A DNA stretch of 28,225 bases, taken from positions 1-28,225 of the IMG/VR virus record IMGVR_UViG_3300027659_000164; one strand, given 5' to 3'. Numbering within the stretch: position 1 is the first letter of the stretch; each line of letters opens with the position of its first letter. Made by a program: the position numbers and the translations under genes. Shown in pieces: positions 27,112-28,225 of this stretch. The notes under the pieces are model-generated. The model made no database searches. It worked only from the letters and a program-made list of their open reading frames with translations, and was not told the origin of the DNA. Origin of the DNA: a virus (Duplodnaviria > Caudoviricetes).

Positions 27112-27402
27112 ATGGACCAAATACCAATATCAGAAGTTATTGTTGCAATTATAACCGGTGTAATTACTTGGTTTACTGCCGGTAAATTTCAAGCCACGAC
27201 AAGTGAAATACAAAATGCAAGAGAAGTCTTACAAATGTGGCGCGAGACTAGTCAACAACAAAAAGAAGAAATTGAAAAATTAAAAGAGGATATTGTTAAT
27301 ATGGGCACCAAGATATTTGAAATGGAAAAACATATGGCAAAACTTGAGGGTGAGAATCATTTTCTGAAAGAAAAGTTAAAGGAACTCAACATTAACCTTT
27401 AA
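27112..27402 (+). CDS. Membrane-anchored coiled-coil protein (holin/spanin-like candidate)
   Basis: N-terminal hydrophobic helix VIVAIITGVITWFTAG followed by a coiled coil; last gene of the late block. Confidence 0.5.
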   Translation: MDQIPISEVIVAIITGVITWFTAGKFQATTSEIQNAREVLQMWRETSQQQKEEIEKLKEDIVNMGTKIFEMEKHMAKLEGENHFLKEKLKELNINL

Positions 27403-27488
27403 AACTTATAGAATTTCTTCACCAGATTAATCAGGTTGAATTATTTTTTGTTTTTGGTATCAGTATACCACCTAACAAAAATAATGTC

Positions 27489-27689
27489 TTATTCGTCAAG
27501 TTTTAGATGTCTCCAACTTTTACCGTTAACAATGTTGGAAACTGTTCGTTGGTTCACACCTAATTCTGTTGCAATTTCTTGTTGGGTTAAATTACCCGTG
27601 TTATAAAGGTAGTGAATATCTCTCACTTGGTCTTCTCTTAGTTTACTGCGACCATGATTCTCGCCATATCGATGTTTAGGGTTTTTCAT
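27489..27689 (-). CDS. Stand-alone HTH protein homologous to the C-termini of both HNH proteins
   Basis: GENHGRSKLREDQVRDI...TQQEIATELGVNQRTVSNIVNGKSW. Confidence 0.85.
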   Translation of the reverse strand: MKNPKHRYGENHGRSKLREDQVRDIHYLYNTGNLTQQEIATELGVNQRTVSNIVNGKSWRHLKLDE

Positions 27690-27737
27690 TTTTTTTGTTT
27701 TTAATTGGTTACACTAAGAGGTGAGGTGTTCATTTTA

Positions 27738-28225
27738 TCAAAGATTTCCTTCACTAACGTTCGGTTGGGAAATCATTTCTCTATACTTCTCACACAATTG
27801 TTGTTGCGACATAGTTAATTGTTTGCCCATGATTAATGGTAATCTATCTTCTTGATTATTTTTGATGTATTCAAATAATAAATTTTTATCAATTTTATAA
27901 AATTCATTTTGCAATTGATATTCTATATCAACTAAATTTTGTTTTGCAACAAATCCATCAACTTTTTTTGGTAATGGAATTTCATCTTGAATTTTGATAC
28001 CCAGTTTATAAGCATTTTGCTTTTTATATTCTTCAAAATATTTTTGGTATTGTTCTTGCGTGTATTTCATTTCTTCATCATTTGTATTACAAATATAATT
28101 ATCTTTTTCTTTATTTTCAAATTTACCCAGTATAATACTAGTATTTTCTTTATTATCTGTTTCTTTATTATCTGTATCTTTAATCTTAGTATTATTGTGT
28201 ACCAATTCCCGGTATACCGGTTCTC
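27738..28225 (-). CDS. Replication initiator, C-terminal part (open to the window end)
   Basis: The frame stays open upstream of the TTG at 28205 (EPVYRELVHNNTKIKDTDNKETDNKE), continuing the PVYRE repeats of the 1-326 fragment. Confidence 0.7.
   Translation of the reverse strand, partial: EPVYRELVHNNTKIKDTDNKETDNKENTSIILGKFENKEKDNYICNTNDEEMKYTQEQYQKYFEEYKKQNAYKLGIKIQDEIPLPKKVDGFVAKQNLVDIEYQLQNEFYKIDKNLLFEYIKNNQEDRLPLIMGKQLTMSQQQLCEKYREMISQPNVSEGNL
28146..28225. repeat. Putative origin: 12-bp palindrome CCGGTATACCGG (28209-28220) plus AT-rich 15-bp direct repeat x2 (28146-28175)
   Basis: ttctttattatctgt occurs twice exactly; GC-rich palindromic units stand out in the AT-rich background. Confidence 0.65.

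Noticed and set aside
27701-27733. Minus-strand 10-codon ORF MNTSPLSVTN between rep and the HTH gene
   Set aside because: Too short to support without conservation or ribosome profiling data.

Overview
AT-rich, densely coding window that looks like a complete or near-complete ~28.2 kb circular (or circularly permuted) genome of a small tailed phage, most likely a siphovirus. A-rich leaders without Shine-Dalgarno motifs suggest a Bacteroidota host (inference). The + strand (1082-27402) carries terS/terL, a tail assembly chaperone with a -1 frameshift, and two tandem paralogous tail-completion-like genes decorated with Pro/Ser/Thr linkers and three 7-repeat delta-60 (DUF5122-like) propellers. 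It continues with neck/tail genes, tape measure, a multi-module XkdF-like prohead protease, scaffold, major capsid, tail tube, portal, adaptor and a holin-like gene. The short - strand block (HNH-HTH, replication initiator, solo HTH) crosses the window ends, which break inside a 15-bp palindromic repeat array (likely iterons) in the rep gene. No endolysin, integrase, polymerase, helicase or classical repressor is recognisable. A TATTTAT motif precedes most transcription units, and three short motif-to-terminator units look like unannotated small RNAs. All product calls come from motif recognition and synteny, not database searches.
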